A stretch of 64,000 nt of DNA from Catajapyx aquilonaris. Lineage: Eukaryota. Below are positions 54,301 through 64,000 of this stretch, piece after piece (positions within the stretch are counted from its first letter, which is position 1; every line of letters starts with the position of its first letter). Location: assembly GCA_000934665.2 (NCBI GenBank), contig KZ538056.1, positions 1 to 64,000 of the forward strand, written 5' to 3'. The notes beneath the pieces are model-generated. The model did not search any database and was not told where the DNA came from. It worked only from the letters and a program-made list of their open reading frames with translations. Made by a program: the position numbers and the translations under genes.

Positions 54301-55657
54301 GGAGTGGGAGGGAAAGAAAAAGGAATAAAGGTCCTCCTTCCTGTTTGTGTCTCCCTCGAAGAAGTTGGCCGAGAAGAAGAAGGCGGTTTTCGGCGAAAGG
54401 GGATTTGCAATTCCGAGGAGGGGACAAGAGGGGCTATTTGGAAAATTACTGCCTCCTTTCCCATCATCGCCCACAACTACCATTTCACTCCCTCGCAGCT
54501 CTACTACACTAATGTACCTTCATTTCTTTTATTGGCGGGCACTATGTTATGCGCCGCACTCTCCTGGGACTTTAATTTGTTTACAAATAACGGCCCCCCG
54601 TTTTATTATGCAATTATGGCTGTGTTTTATAAAAGTGCGTTATATGCTGCAGGGCATGGGCTGTAAGAATGGTGCAGCCTGCCGGTGCAAGACAATGCCA
54701 GCTGAATGGACCTAATTGAGGCAGAAATGGTAACTAGTGAACAGTAGGCGGAAGGAATAGGGTAGCTCCGAAGGGAGGTAGTGAGGTGATGTGCAGATCT
54801 TTTGTCTCTGGTACAAAGAGAGACCTGCTATTGTGGGTGAGGCGCGCACGACAAAGGCAGCCTTAAACACGTGTTAGCAATGAATCACAGGGAGAGCTAG
54901 TCTCAAGGAAAAGAAGGAAGGATGGGGGAGGGGGAATGGAAGAAAGGGGGGGAGGGAATGACAAAGTCGGTCCTTCTTTTAAGTCCTAGATTTGGGACGG
55001 GATTTATTCCGGCTTGGTGCTCCGGGCTACAGCGTATAGGCTGCGTATAATTTCCTCTAAGCTATTCGAGTAACGGTACGGAGATTCCTACAAGAGATGG
55101 GCCAGGGATTTCCAGCCTTTCTCAATTGCCCCATTCTTCCCTCATTTCAAACATTTGGAAGCGTCGAGCATTATGTGGAAGAAAATAGTTCAGACTAAGT
55201 CCTAGATATGTGTGTGTATGCTGTGACCCCCACAAAGTTTCATTTGCTCGCATATGGACCAGGATTTGGCGCATTTATGATGGCAGAAGTGAAATAATCC
55301 GGCTTAGCATCAGCTTCATGACAGTTAATTAAAAGTGCCCCCCCTCCCCATGCTATGGTATGAACTTGGGTGTGTATAGGGAGGGTGGGGGTGTGACAGG
55401 GAATGAGTATAGCCCACATTTATCCTGATTTTGTTCTGCCGAGCACGAGGGATTCAACCCATCACAACCTTCTTGCCGGATTGAAGAGCGTGACAGCTGA
55501 GACCATCAATTCCCATCCATATAGCTGCCACATCACCACCCCCTCCCCACCAACCTCACTTCACTGACCCAGCTCACAATCATATATCACTCCAGCATCA
55601 ATACTCTCTTCTAATCAACTGACACAAAAGGACACCACTCTACCACCACCACTATAC

Positions 55658-55721
<64 letters not shown>

Positions 55722-56519
55722 GTAATAATAATAATAATACAGGTATCCATAAAATTGCTTGTGCTGGAGGTGTGTTCCCGTGTGAGTGGCTGTCATCACC
55801 ATCTTTGGGTGTCAAACTAATCCGAATGGAAATTCAATTACTGTTTCGGATCCTCTCGGGGACGTTCACTTGGAATAGTATTCTCATTCGAACGATCACC
55901 TGCACGCAAGACTAATCTTCTGCAAATGTGGGAAAGGGGAGCAGAGAGAGAGAGAGAGAGAGGAAAAAGGAGCGGGGATTGATTTTTTAATATTCTCCCA
56001 GCCTATAAATTCTGGCTGTATCTCGAAGCGTAAAAGTTACGGGAAAAGTTGCTGGCGATCCGCCATAAGTATGTACATTGTCCCCGCATGATTTCCCCTC
56101 CACTTTGCATAATCCCTCTGAATCGTAATATCCCTACATTTAAGGCGGGTTCTGGTTAAGGTAAATAAAACGTGCTACAATTCAAGCGAGCCCACTTTTG
56201 GACGTGTATCGGGCAATGAAATTTTGCGACCATTTAAAATGCCCTGATGTAAACGTGTTGGATGTGGCGCACAAAAGTGCCCTTTTATGACTATGCATGT
56301 CAGTAGGTATATGAAGCGAAATCGATAGGCGCTCGATGAAGTTGCGACAAAGTGGCATGCACCAAATTATGGGGTGTGAACATGCCTGTATCGGGTTTTT
56401 AGGATCATGAGAAGAGGATATCAAGAACACGTGCGAAGAGACGTACTTCTGCGTGCATCGCCGATGATGAGGACGACGCTGAGGTGTGCGAGCCAGAGTA
56501 GGAGAAGCAGGCCTCGCAT
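11759..56519 (-). CDS. Type I membrane protein: signal peptide, 5 CUB-like domains, LDLa-like module, TM, short tail (LEV-10-like architecture), spliced gene
   Basis: complement(join(11759-12394,14291-14750,14822-15217,15296-15530,15614-16043,17507-17692,45104-45324,56447-56519)) = 2637 nt, 878 aa, all introns GT-AG with consistent phases (1,0,0,1,2,2,0). CUB motifs QSPGYPGVYPRNLHCKY, CPFDFIRIYDG..IGSFCG, CQGGYIQVIDG..YFCGE; LDLa-like CIPSELLCNGHPNC..DE..C; TM WLAVGLGASGGALLAFCFLLLLC. Confidence 0.9.
14291..14750 (-). CDS. CUB gene exon 7: CUB4 and start of CUB5
   Basis: ggtag|G TTC...CAG|gtcagt; FVTDARVYARV...YRFVHGPLCGP...PTEQ. Confidence 0.9.
14822..15217 (-). CDS. CUB gene exon 6: CUB3 and start of CUB4
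   Basis: tccag|C TTC...CG|gtatgt; FRINRIE...CSESLTIYD...KTFCD...IVCTYR. Confidence 0.92.
15296..15530 (-). CDS. CUB gene exon 5
   Basis: ctcag|GT...AG|gtaagc; PLLNTGFHFNV...CDWVF...WYPPHTTCTY...LYFP. Confidence 0.92.
15614..16043 (-). CDS. CUB gene exon 4: CUB2
   Basis: gatag|GTG...G|gttagt; VYLRYGQHPELY...QSPGYPGVYPRNLHC...LFVEFLTAPA. Confidence 0.94.
17507..17692 (-). CDS. CUB gene exon 3: second half of CUB1
   Basis: tttctcag|GTG...GAG|gtcagc; VIDGNG...GYFCGEIEQPQTFISETSFVRLFF. Confidence 0.92.
20435..20448. promoter_or_regulatory. Candidate RFX X-box
   Basis: GTCTCCATAGCAAC matches the GTYNCC-AT-RGNAAC consensus; lies in CUB gene intron 2. Confidence 0.3.
43191..43218. repeat. (AGCC)n tetranucleotide microsatellite, about 7 units
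   Basis: agccagccagccagccagccagccagcc. Confidence 0.9.
45104..45324 (-). CDS. CUB gene exon 2: first half of CUB1
   Basis: ttccag|CG...CAG|gtacgt; ERVKDQCNKTV...MCWYRF...FKRFKIG..NATHCQGGYIQ, joining in frame to VIDG of exon 3. Confidence 0.9.
55658..55738. repeat. (AAT)27 microsatellite with one AGT interruption
   Basis: Read directly from the sequence; source of the poly-Tyr and poly-Leu pseudo-ORFs in the track. Confidence 0.97.
55943..55962. repeat. (AG)n microsatellite, about 10 units
   Basis: agagagag run; a similar run lies near 11546-11563. Confidence 0.85.
56447..56519 (-). CDS. CUB gene exon 1: signal peptide (not in the ORF track)
   Basis: ATG at 56519, MRGLLLLLWLAHLSVVLIIGDARR plus 1 nt, donor AGA A|gtacgt. 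Phase 1 matches the exon 2 acceptor (A|CG = Thr). Confidence 0.78.
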
Positions 56520-56855
56520 GCTGTTGGGTCAGCAGGAGGAGGGTATCCAGCACGAGGTCAGCATCCGGCAGTGTTTGGCCAGCAGCTGCAGCTACAGTGG
56601 GCAGCCCCAGCACCAACAGTCCCCCCACAAGCCCAGCTCATGGCACTTTCCCTCTCGCTCGCACACCAGCCTCCAATCAATAGCTACACACGCCCTACCC
56701 TGCCTGCCTGCCTGCCCGGCCCGCCCTCCTCTGCCCCAAGGCCACCCTAAACTATATAACCCTCGACCCTACCACCCACTGTTATGACCCGGGTTCAACA
56801 CAGCTGCAGGGTGGCCCGATCACCGCACTCGGCACAGACACTGCAGTAGGTCATC

Positions 56856-56990
56856 CGACTGCAGCAGCAACCTTCCTTCCTTCCTTCCCTCCCGAGAGTC
56901 AGTCCGCCCTTCCTGCCCCGCCGCCGCCCTTCGTCTGCCCCCCACCCGCCCTACCCAGAACCATCCACATTGCGCTTGCCCCATATGCGC
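56856..56990 (-). promoter_or_regulatory. Putative promoter region of the CUB gene
   Basis: GC-rich segment with three GGGCGG boxes on the - strand (56904-56909, 56924-56929, 56946-56951), about 400 nt upstream of the signal-peptide ATG. No TSS evidence. Confidence 0.25.
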
Positions 56991-59900
56991 ACGCTCCTTC
57001 CTTCACCTTTTCTTCATACTTCTTCTTCTCCCACCCTCACCCATGAGACACATCATTATACACATACATAGCTGGACATGCTCTAGTAATTACAGGGTTC
57101 AAAGTTATGGTAGCTTGTATACCGGGGGATGGAACATGGAAGCCGAGTTTGGGTCCATGGGATTTTATGTCGTGTTTGGGAAATTTTCTCTTACAAGCTC
57201 GCGTACAATGAGAAATGGCAGCTCGCCACGTACACTATATAGGGAAGGGTTGAAACAAAGGCGCGGTTGGATTATTTTTTTGTGTGCCCCACAGCACTTC
57301 AATAAGTGTCCAATCAAGCCTTCCCTGACAAGCGAGCAATGTGACAGCCAAAAGCCACCTCCCTGTTCCTACCCATTTTCCGACACCTTTCCATTACCCC
57401 CAGCTTCCACGATAAACACGTCAAAGAACACACAGCTAATTTCCTGCAGCCTTTCTACACTCACTTTTTTTTGGTAACCACATTATTATTATCATCCGCG
57501 CCGAGCTGGAAAAACCTGATCTGCATAGAATAGGCACAATAAAAATGTTGAGGATATGGGGTTCCACATGTGAGGATAGAAAATATTTTGAGAATCAATA
57601 GTCTTGATGTTATTCCGGCTGTGAATGGATATGGCAGGGGAGGGGGGATGTAATACTCCCAGAGCTGTGCAAATTTTAAACAATGGGGAGACAGGCGGGA
57701 TGTATTAATTACCATGTTTCAAATGACGATGGGATGGACACGTGCTAGCCATTTTTTTTTTGGGGGGGGGGGGNTTGTCTGAATTCCCTAGTAGCATCTG
57801 AGTCAAAATGGTTTTATGTTGCATGTTAGGGGACCTGGCTTTTCAGACGCCCGAGGAGAAAAGGGCGTTTCTCTCTTTTTTTATGGCAGATGGAGGGGAT
57901 TTCGAATTTAAATTCTGGATGGTTGCGGGCTGTTTTGAAGCTGCAAAAGACTCGTGTCCCCGCACTCGCCATCACCCTCTTTCACTCCCAACCCACACTC
58001 CTCGGATCGATAGAGTTGCTTGGGAAACCAAGTGTTTGGCAACATTGTAGTGGCCAAGAAAGAAGAACGAAAGAGCGAGAGAGAGAGGCAGTGGAAAGAA
58101 AGCAGGAACGGATCCTGCCGGACAGGCGGACATCGACTGTCCCACTAACTCGACAATGCATTTACGCCCTTGCCTATATACCACTGCCCTGCTTTCTCTG
58201 ATGGCCTAGCAGCATCACCAGTAATGCTATAAAATTCAAATAATAAAATCAGATAATCAATTGAATACCGATTATCTGGCGTCAGTTACTCTGCACCAAT
58301 AATGGATGTAACACCGGACACTGAATTGATTCATTGTCCGGTTTTTTGAAAACAACGCAATTATTTAATAAATTTGCATACGCAAATAGTGAGGCTGCAG
58401 ATCAGATAATAGTGGGAATTCAGACATTTTCACGATCTTTCAGTATAATATCTGCTGTACCCTGTACTAAAGCTAATTTTTTAAAGGTATGACTAGCCTT
58501 TCTTCAGAAACTCAGTTTGGATCAGATTGCCTCTGAATGTTCCACAAACTCGCTGTACATTGTAGATATTTTGTTATTAGCCTACATCCTAATATCATTC
58601 ACAACTTAATCAGCTGCCCACAAAATCGTGTTACGGTTACATGTCACCAATCATGTAGGCATCCTCTACGACTCGCCGCAGCATCCCTCAGTGTGCCTCA
58701 CAGTACATTGTATTGGCCACGAGCATGTCCATGGGCTAGTCGCAGGTAGAGATGTGGCAAAGCGGTTCAGGGCGAGAAAGAAGTTGGGTACAAGCATATC
58801 CTCGGACCAGTGCAAAAATGGCTTAGTGTCCAATCTCCACAACTGGAGGGGAGGATGGGCGGAAGAGGGGAAGGAGGAGCAGAGACGGGAGGGGGCAGCC
58901 ACTTCCCGAGGAAATGGAGCTCTTCCTCTTATCCGCAGCTCGGATTCAAATTTGCCAGTTGAATCCCAAAAGGGCAGTGAGGGAGGAGAGAGGGGAGGAG
59001 ATCCCCTCTGTCCCACCACCCCACCCTTCCCCCCCCCCCCCATCTCCTCCTGGTTCCGTCCCATTTTCTGAAGCTGGGCTTGTAGAATGTGAGGCGCATA
59101 TAGTTTATTTAGTAGGTTGCATCGATTTCCTTCACACCAAACGCTTATTTTCCGCCACACGCGCTTCCCACCTCCTCTTCACGCTTTTATTTGCCTGCCT
59201 GCCAGCATCTCCCGTCCCTCTTTCTCACCTCCCATCCAGTCCACCCACTCCGGATGCCCCACCCTCCCAGATACCCCCATGGAAGCACACGCAGCTATTA
59301 TGCCTGCTCTGCGAGCTAACCTGTGGAAAGCTTGCACAGAATGCGGACCCGAGCAAGCAGCAAAATGTTCATTGTAGACGCTCTGATAGATTCGACTCTA
59401 TTTCTTGTGCTATGCTGTATACTCCAGTAGGGAAAATTGCAAGTATTTGTTTGCCCTGTGCATTGTATGCCTATCCCCGGAACTTCCAAAGTAACAGTCA
59501 TCAAGTTGTTATTTGCCAAACGAGTTCAGTGGACACACTAAAACGTCAGTAAGCTTGATGGGATTTGATCCTGTATAGGTAGGGTTTTCGTCAATAGCTA
59601 TTATATTGATTTACTATCAGCTTTACCAACGTAAAGTTGTTAGGGCTTCTGAGTTTTACGAAGAAAATAATCTCGTAATAAATTGTTACTACAAATAATG
59701 TGTTTGGATTCGTTTGTTTTTGTTTTTGTGTCAATGCATTCGTCATACCCCAGAAGTATGAAATTTTTTTTGATATTTTATCACAATTGTGTTGTAATTT
59801 AACTTAAAAGCTTCATTACATTCCATGACTATTGTTCTTCTTGCTTGATCAGAGTCATATGATGTGCCATGTGCGCAGTAGTGACCAGCTGGTTATTATA

Positions 59901-62900
59901 GCCTACAGTACGGTACGGTACCTTGGTTTTTCATACCTATTTTGCTTGTATGTATGCGTATGATATCTAGATAATACGGTATTAAGATGCAAAAATGTGG
60001 CATGTGTCACCAAACATTAGGCCCAATAATTTATATGGACTTATACAAGGATAAAGAAGTTTACAGGCAAAAAGGAAGGCCAATAATTCAAATAACGATA
60101 AATTACGTAGATCGAAATAGATAAATATGGTTCAGGGTGTGTCTGAATGTAAGTGTATAGAGTCAAAGGGTTGTCGGAGGAGAAGGGATGGTTGACGAGA
60201 GAGGCTTCATCTGGCCACATCTTCCATCTCACAATCAGTATAGATTGGAAAGAGATGACTGAGGGAGCGTCGAAGTTTGAAGGTACGCCATGCTCCAGTA
60301 GCTGAAGTGTGTAAGTCAAGGTATAAGTTAGAAATATGGCCAAACTATGCATCGACATTACAGCTCGATGAGTGCTGCAGTGGATAACAATATGAAGTTG
60401 TAGTACAGGTCAGGAGATTTATGCCATATTTGATGGCATAGAACCAGTATATCAGTTGTCTTTAACGTTCTAGTTTTTGTGCCTCTCGCATCCAGCAATG
60501 TCCACAGTTATGCAATCCGAATGTATTTACCAATATATTAGGCAATCAATTTGCGCCTTCGCTGCAATTTCCCTAACAGCATTACAGAATCAATTGCTGC
60601 ACTGAAGTGACTCAATAGAGACCATAAGTCATACACTTGCTTTGACTCCCATAATTTGCCTGTTACTATAATTATGTAGTCAAGAGGCTGCAATCAAGAG
60701 TGCTCTCGTAGATAATAACAGTCCCTTATCTCATTGTGTAAATATCAATATACAGTTCACATGTTTAGTAATATACTGTGACTCTACCATGGCGTTGAAT
60801 AGTCTCGGGCAGACATAACCGCTATAGGAAATCTCGAAATATACGTACCAGTATTCCAGCATTACAGTATAATCGCTGCAATAGCCCATAGTCAAGCATT
60901 TGTTAAAATGCAATCAATCCACTGGATGCAGAAAAAAGTCAGAAAATCTTTAATTTTGATTTTGATCTTTATCACATAAAAGAAACACTGCAACTTCTTT
61001 CTGGCTAGAAAATTACGACATTATCGCCACAAAAACCTGACCATCTGCCTGTGGGTAATTACTGCCGAAAACTTGTTGGAGCGTGATACTTAACACCTGA
61101 AGGCAGCATCCTGCACCACATCCTGCCTCTACAGTTCCGCAACAATATCTTGTAGCCCTGGAGCAAAGGCAGCTCCACTTGAGTTAATCCGGCAAGTTAG
61201 ATTTGGAACGGGCAGTGGCGCGAGATGACCACTCTTGGAATGCGAAGAGAGACTCGAGCTGTGTGGAAAAAGATTGCTTGCTTGCACTGCTCAAGATCGC
61301 TCCAAAAAGTGCACCCCCAGCAAAACTAGCTTTTTTCCCCACGAAAAAATAGAAAAGGAAAAAAATGGGAATTGAGAGAGGAAACCCTCCCCCCAAAAAA
61401 CCGAGGCAGTTCTGGCAAGTTTCCAGCTTTTTCCATTACCTCTCCTCTCCCCACCTTCCCTATGCCTGTCCTCCCCGGCCATTTCCCAACCAATAAAACC
61501 GCATCAACTTGCAGATTACACATGTTGTTAGCGACTGCTGTGCCCCCTCCCTTCATACCCCCTCCTCTAAACTCTAGTTCAGTATAATACAATACTCTGG
61601 CCCTGGGTGGGGTGGATGGGTGGGGTATAGGTGGATCCCAGAACGAGTCTGGAATTTCCAACATGGATGTAGTAAGCCGGTATGCAGGCTTGGTGGCTAT
61701 CTTGTGCATAATGCAGCACAAGTCGGGGGGGATTATCCGAATCAATGCTAGGACTCCCCCTCTCCCAAAGGATAATCAGGGAGTTCCAATCGCGACACAC
61801 GTTCCCCAATCCCTCCTAGTCCCAACAGTGGTCCCCTACCAAAAGCCCCTCACACCCGGCTCCACTTATCAACTTGTTGGAATCCGACACTGTTCTTTAC
61901 ACTGCATTTTGATTTACAGCACGCACGCGGCATGTGTGATTATACTTCTGCACTGAAGTATTGGGGGGGAGCTTCCATATACCTCATTCAGGGTTCATCA
62001 GAGGTAGTGCTGCTATACTTTTGGAGTGTGAAATACAAGTGTGGTTCACGCAATTCATATGAAGAGGTGGGGTGTTTTTGATCATGATATTGCAGGTGTA
62101 CTTTGTAAATTAACAAACGGTGTATTTGTGGTTAGTGTTATATGGTCAATTTGTTATGCTACAACATTGTATGGTAAGCACAGAATAAAAAAAGAGGAGC
62201 ACATTACGTAGTCATAGTAGTCTCGTTATGGGATAATGAGATTCTAATAGAGGTGCCATGGCTTTCCTTGGCGCTTGACTAGACAGTAGCTACTTCACCT
62301 AATGGGTTAGAAGCGTAAGTGCGAACACATTGTAACAGTGTTCCACACCTGACATGATATTCTGTGCATATGACTTGAAGCTATTCTTCCCACTAATGAG
62401 GTGTCGCCCGCAACTGACACCTGAACAATTCAGGAATTCCGAACTGTTACTTTGAAAACCACTCAAACACAAATGCAAGTGCGCTGTTATTGATGGATTC
62501 ACTTAATATTGAATTAAATTCTACTCACCGCCAATGAAGGTTAAATTTTGTACGTTTCGCTTGTTTATGACCAGAAATTCCACGCGGTTTTTCATCAATT
62601 TAAGTACAGGACACATCATAAATTATATTTACCATTCGTGTTTGACCACCCTGCCTACACTTTTTTTTTAAATCCTGCTATCAAAGCCTCATCTGCCAAA
62701 ATGTGGTTAACCCTAGCCGAAAATATTAGACCGGACAAAATACCTCATCAAAACTGCAATGTGCGGAATTCAAGCCTATTTGAAGGCGAAATGAATAGGT
62801 AGGCGCGATGCTAGCCATATGATGCAGCAGGGTTATCTTTACTGCCACACTTCCAGCCTGCTATGTACATTCGTATCAATTTGTTTCCTTTACGCGAGTG

Positions 62901-63300
62901 TGGTGGAAAAGAGTCGACCGTCATCATTCTTTTTTCCCCTGTGCCCCCTCTCTCTTTATGGGGGGGAAGCCGATTTTTGGGGGAAAAAGTCAGCGGGGGT
63001 GAAAATTTACTGCTCAGAGTTTGCGAGTCCTGGCTACATTTGGCCCAAATGGAACAATATGTATTTTGTAAAAAGGAAGGGGGCAGAGCTAGGGAGGGAA
63101 TATGAAGAATACTCGCCTGCTTGAAAAATGGGTGCCTTTCTTGCCTTTTTTGGGGCTCACCCTTCCCCCTCTTTATAGGTCCACAGTCCCCTCATTTTTT
63201 TGGCGAATGCCTGTTGTACGGGTGGGATTAATGGTCTCAGGGAAAATTATGTGTTGGGAGGATGTAGGATGGGGCGCTTCCAAAATGAAAATTGCAAGGA

Positions 63301-63396
63301 GGTACTCATTTCGGTACTCCGGTGTACACCTGCAGTGGTACTCTTTGGTACTCCTTTGGTACTCCCTGGTACTCCCTGGTACTCCCTGGCGCTCCC
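63301..63396. repeat. Short minisatellite, 10-bp unit GGTACTCCCT
   Basis: Three perfect units (63358-63387) flanked by degenerate copies (GGTACTCTTT, GGTACTCCTTT, GGCGCTCCC, GGTACTCATT). Confidence 0.85.
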
Positions 63397-63940
63397 AGAC
63401 AATAAACAAATAAGGTACCTGCACCAAATAAGGCCCACCTAACAGATAACAATTTTTCACCAGTCCTAGTGAATGTTGAGAATTTATTTGACTGCATGGA
63501 CAGATAGCCTACATCATGTAATAAGGCACAAGGCAATAAATCTCCGTATATGCTGCAATGGATATTTTTAGGCTGACAAACTGATAAGTAAAGTGTTACA
63601 CATGGGCCTTATTTAAGAGCATAATGTACCAAATAAGGACCACGTAAGTCCGCCAGGTTCAGTTGGAGTAAAGATGTCAGACTGGGAGAAAAGGGTGGAA
63701 TAAGTGGAGTGGAAAACTGGAAAAGCCGCGAAAATAATGGTTTCTGATAACATACTGTATAATGAACATGCATTTTTTTACTTAATATAACTGAAGCACA
63801 AATTATCACATTCTTTTACTTAACACACTAATAAGACTGAAAAATGTAACCTAAATCAAATATTTTATGGTGATTGTTGAATTTTGTGGCGCCCTTTCTT
63901 TACAATAAGTACATGCTGGAGAGAGTGTCATTATCGAAGT

Positions 63941-64000
63941 AGCGCAGTGGTCTAGTGGTTAAGACTCTCTCTTCGTAACCTGAAGGTTGAAGGATCGAAT
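63941..64000 (+). mobile_element. tRNA-derived SINE head or tRNA pseudogene, cut by the window edge
   Basis: Pol III A box TGGTCTAGTGG (63948-63958) and B box GGATCGAAT (63992-64000) at tRNA spacing. The D-arm pairs (GTCT/AGAC) and a TTCGTAA loop is present, but the anticodon stem does not pair. Confidence 0.6.

Noticed and set aside
55611..55815. Poly-Tyr and poly-Leu ORFs
   Set aside because: Translations of the (AAT)n microsatellite.
56182..56628. 148-aa ORF MGGLLVLGLPTVAAAAG that looks like a signal peptide
   Set aside because: Non-ATG start and wrong splice phase for exon 2. The overlapping frame from 56519 fits.
56795..56854. Peptide CAECGDRAT resembling the start of a nuclear-receptor zinc finger
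   Set aside because: Stops four codons later, with no HY/CxxC continuation and no suitable splice donor; treated as coincidence.
63301..63396. Repeat array considered as a CRISPR-like locus
   Set aside because: Head-to-tail 10-bp units without unique spacers, in a eukaryotic context with no cas genes.

Overview
Eukaryotic, most likely arthropod, genomic DNA with no prokaryotic features (no operons, CRISPR or rRNA). Two intact multi-exon genes lie tail to tail, and I rebuilt both by hand with phase-consistent GT-AG introns. (1) On the + strand (2142-7556) is an SLC6 sodium-dependent transporter of the nutrient amino acid transporter (NAT/NAAT1-like) subfamily: 9 supported exons, 578 codons plus stop, start exon uncertain. 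It carries unusual substitutions at conserved sites, notably Phe at the TM3 substrate-binding Tyr. (2) On the - strand (56519-11759) is an 8-exon, 878-aa type I membrane protein: signal peptide, five CUB-like domains, an atypical LDLa module, one TM helix and an 11-aa tail. This is the domain architecture of C. elegans LEV-10. Its signal-peptide exon is missing from the ORF track, and its first two introns (11.1 and 27.4 kb) fill most of the window. The remaining non-coding DNA holds transposon ends (Chapaev3-like, Academ-like, hAT-like, Helitron-like), a tRNA-derived SINE head at the right edge, simple repeats, a few strong hairpins and candidate RFX and POU sites. Most short ORFs in the track are noise. 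I found no clearly novel biological system. The best leads are the LEV-10-like receptor-accessory candidate with its uORFs and the divergent transporter.
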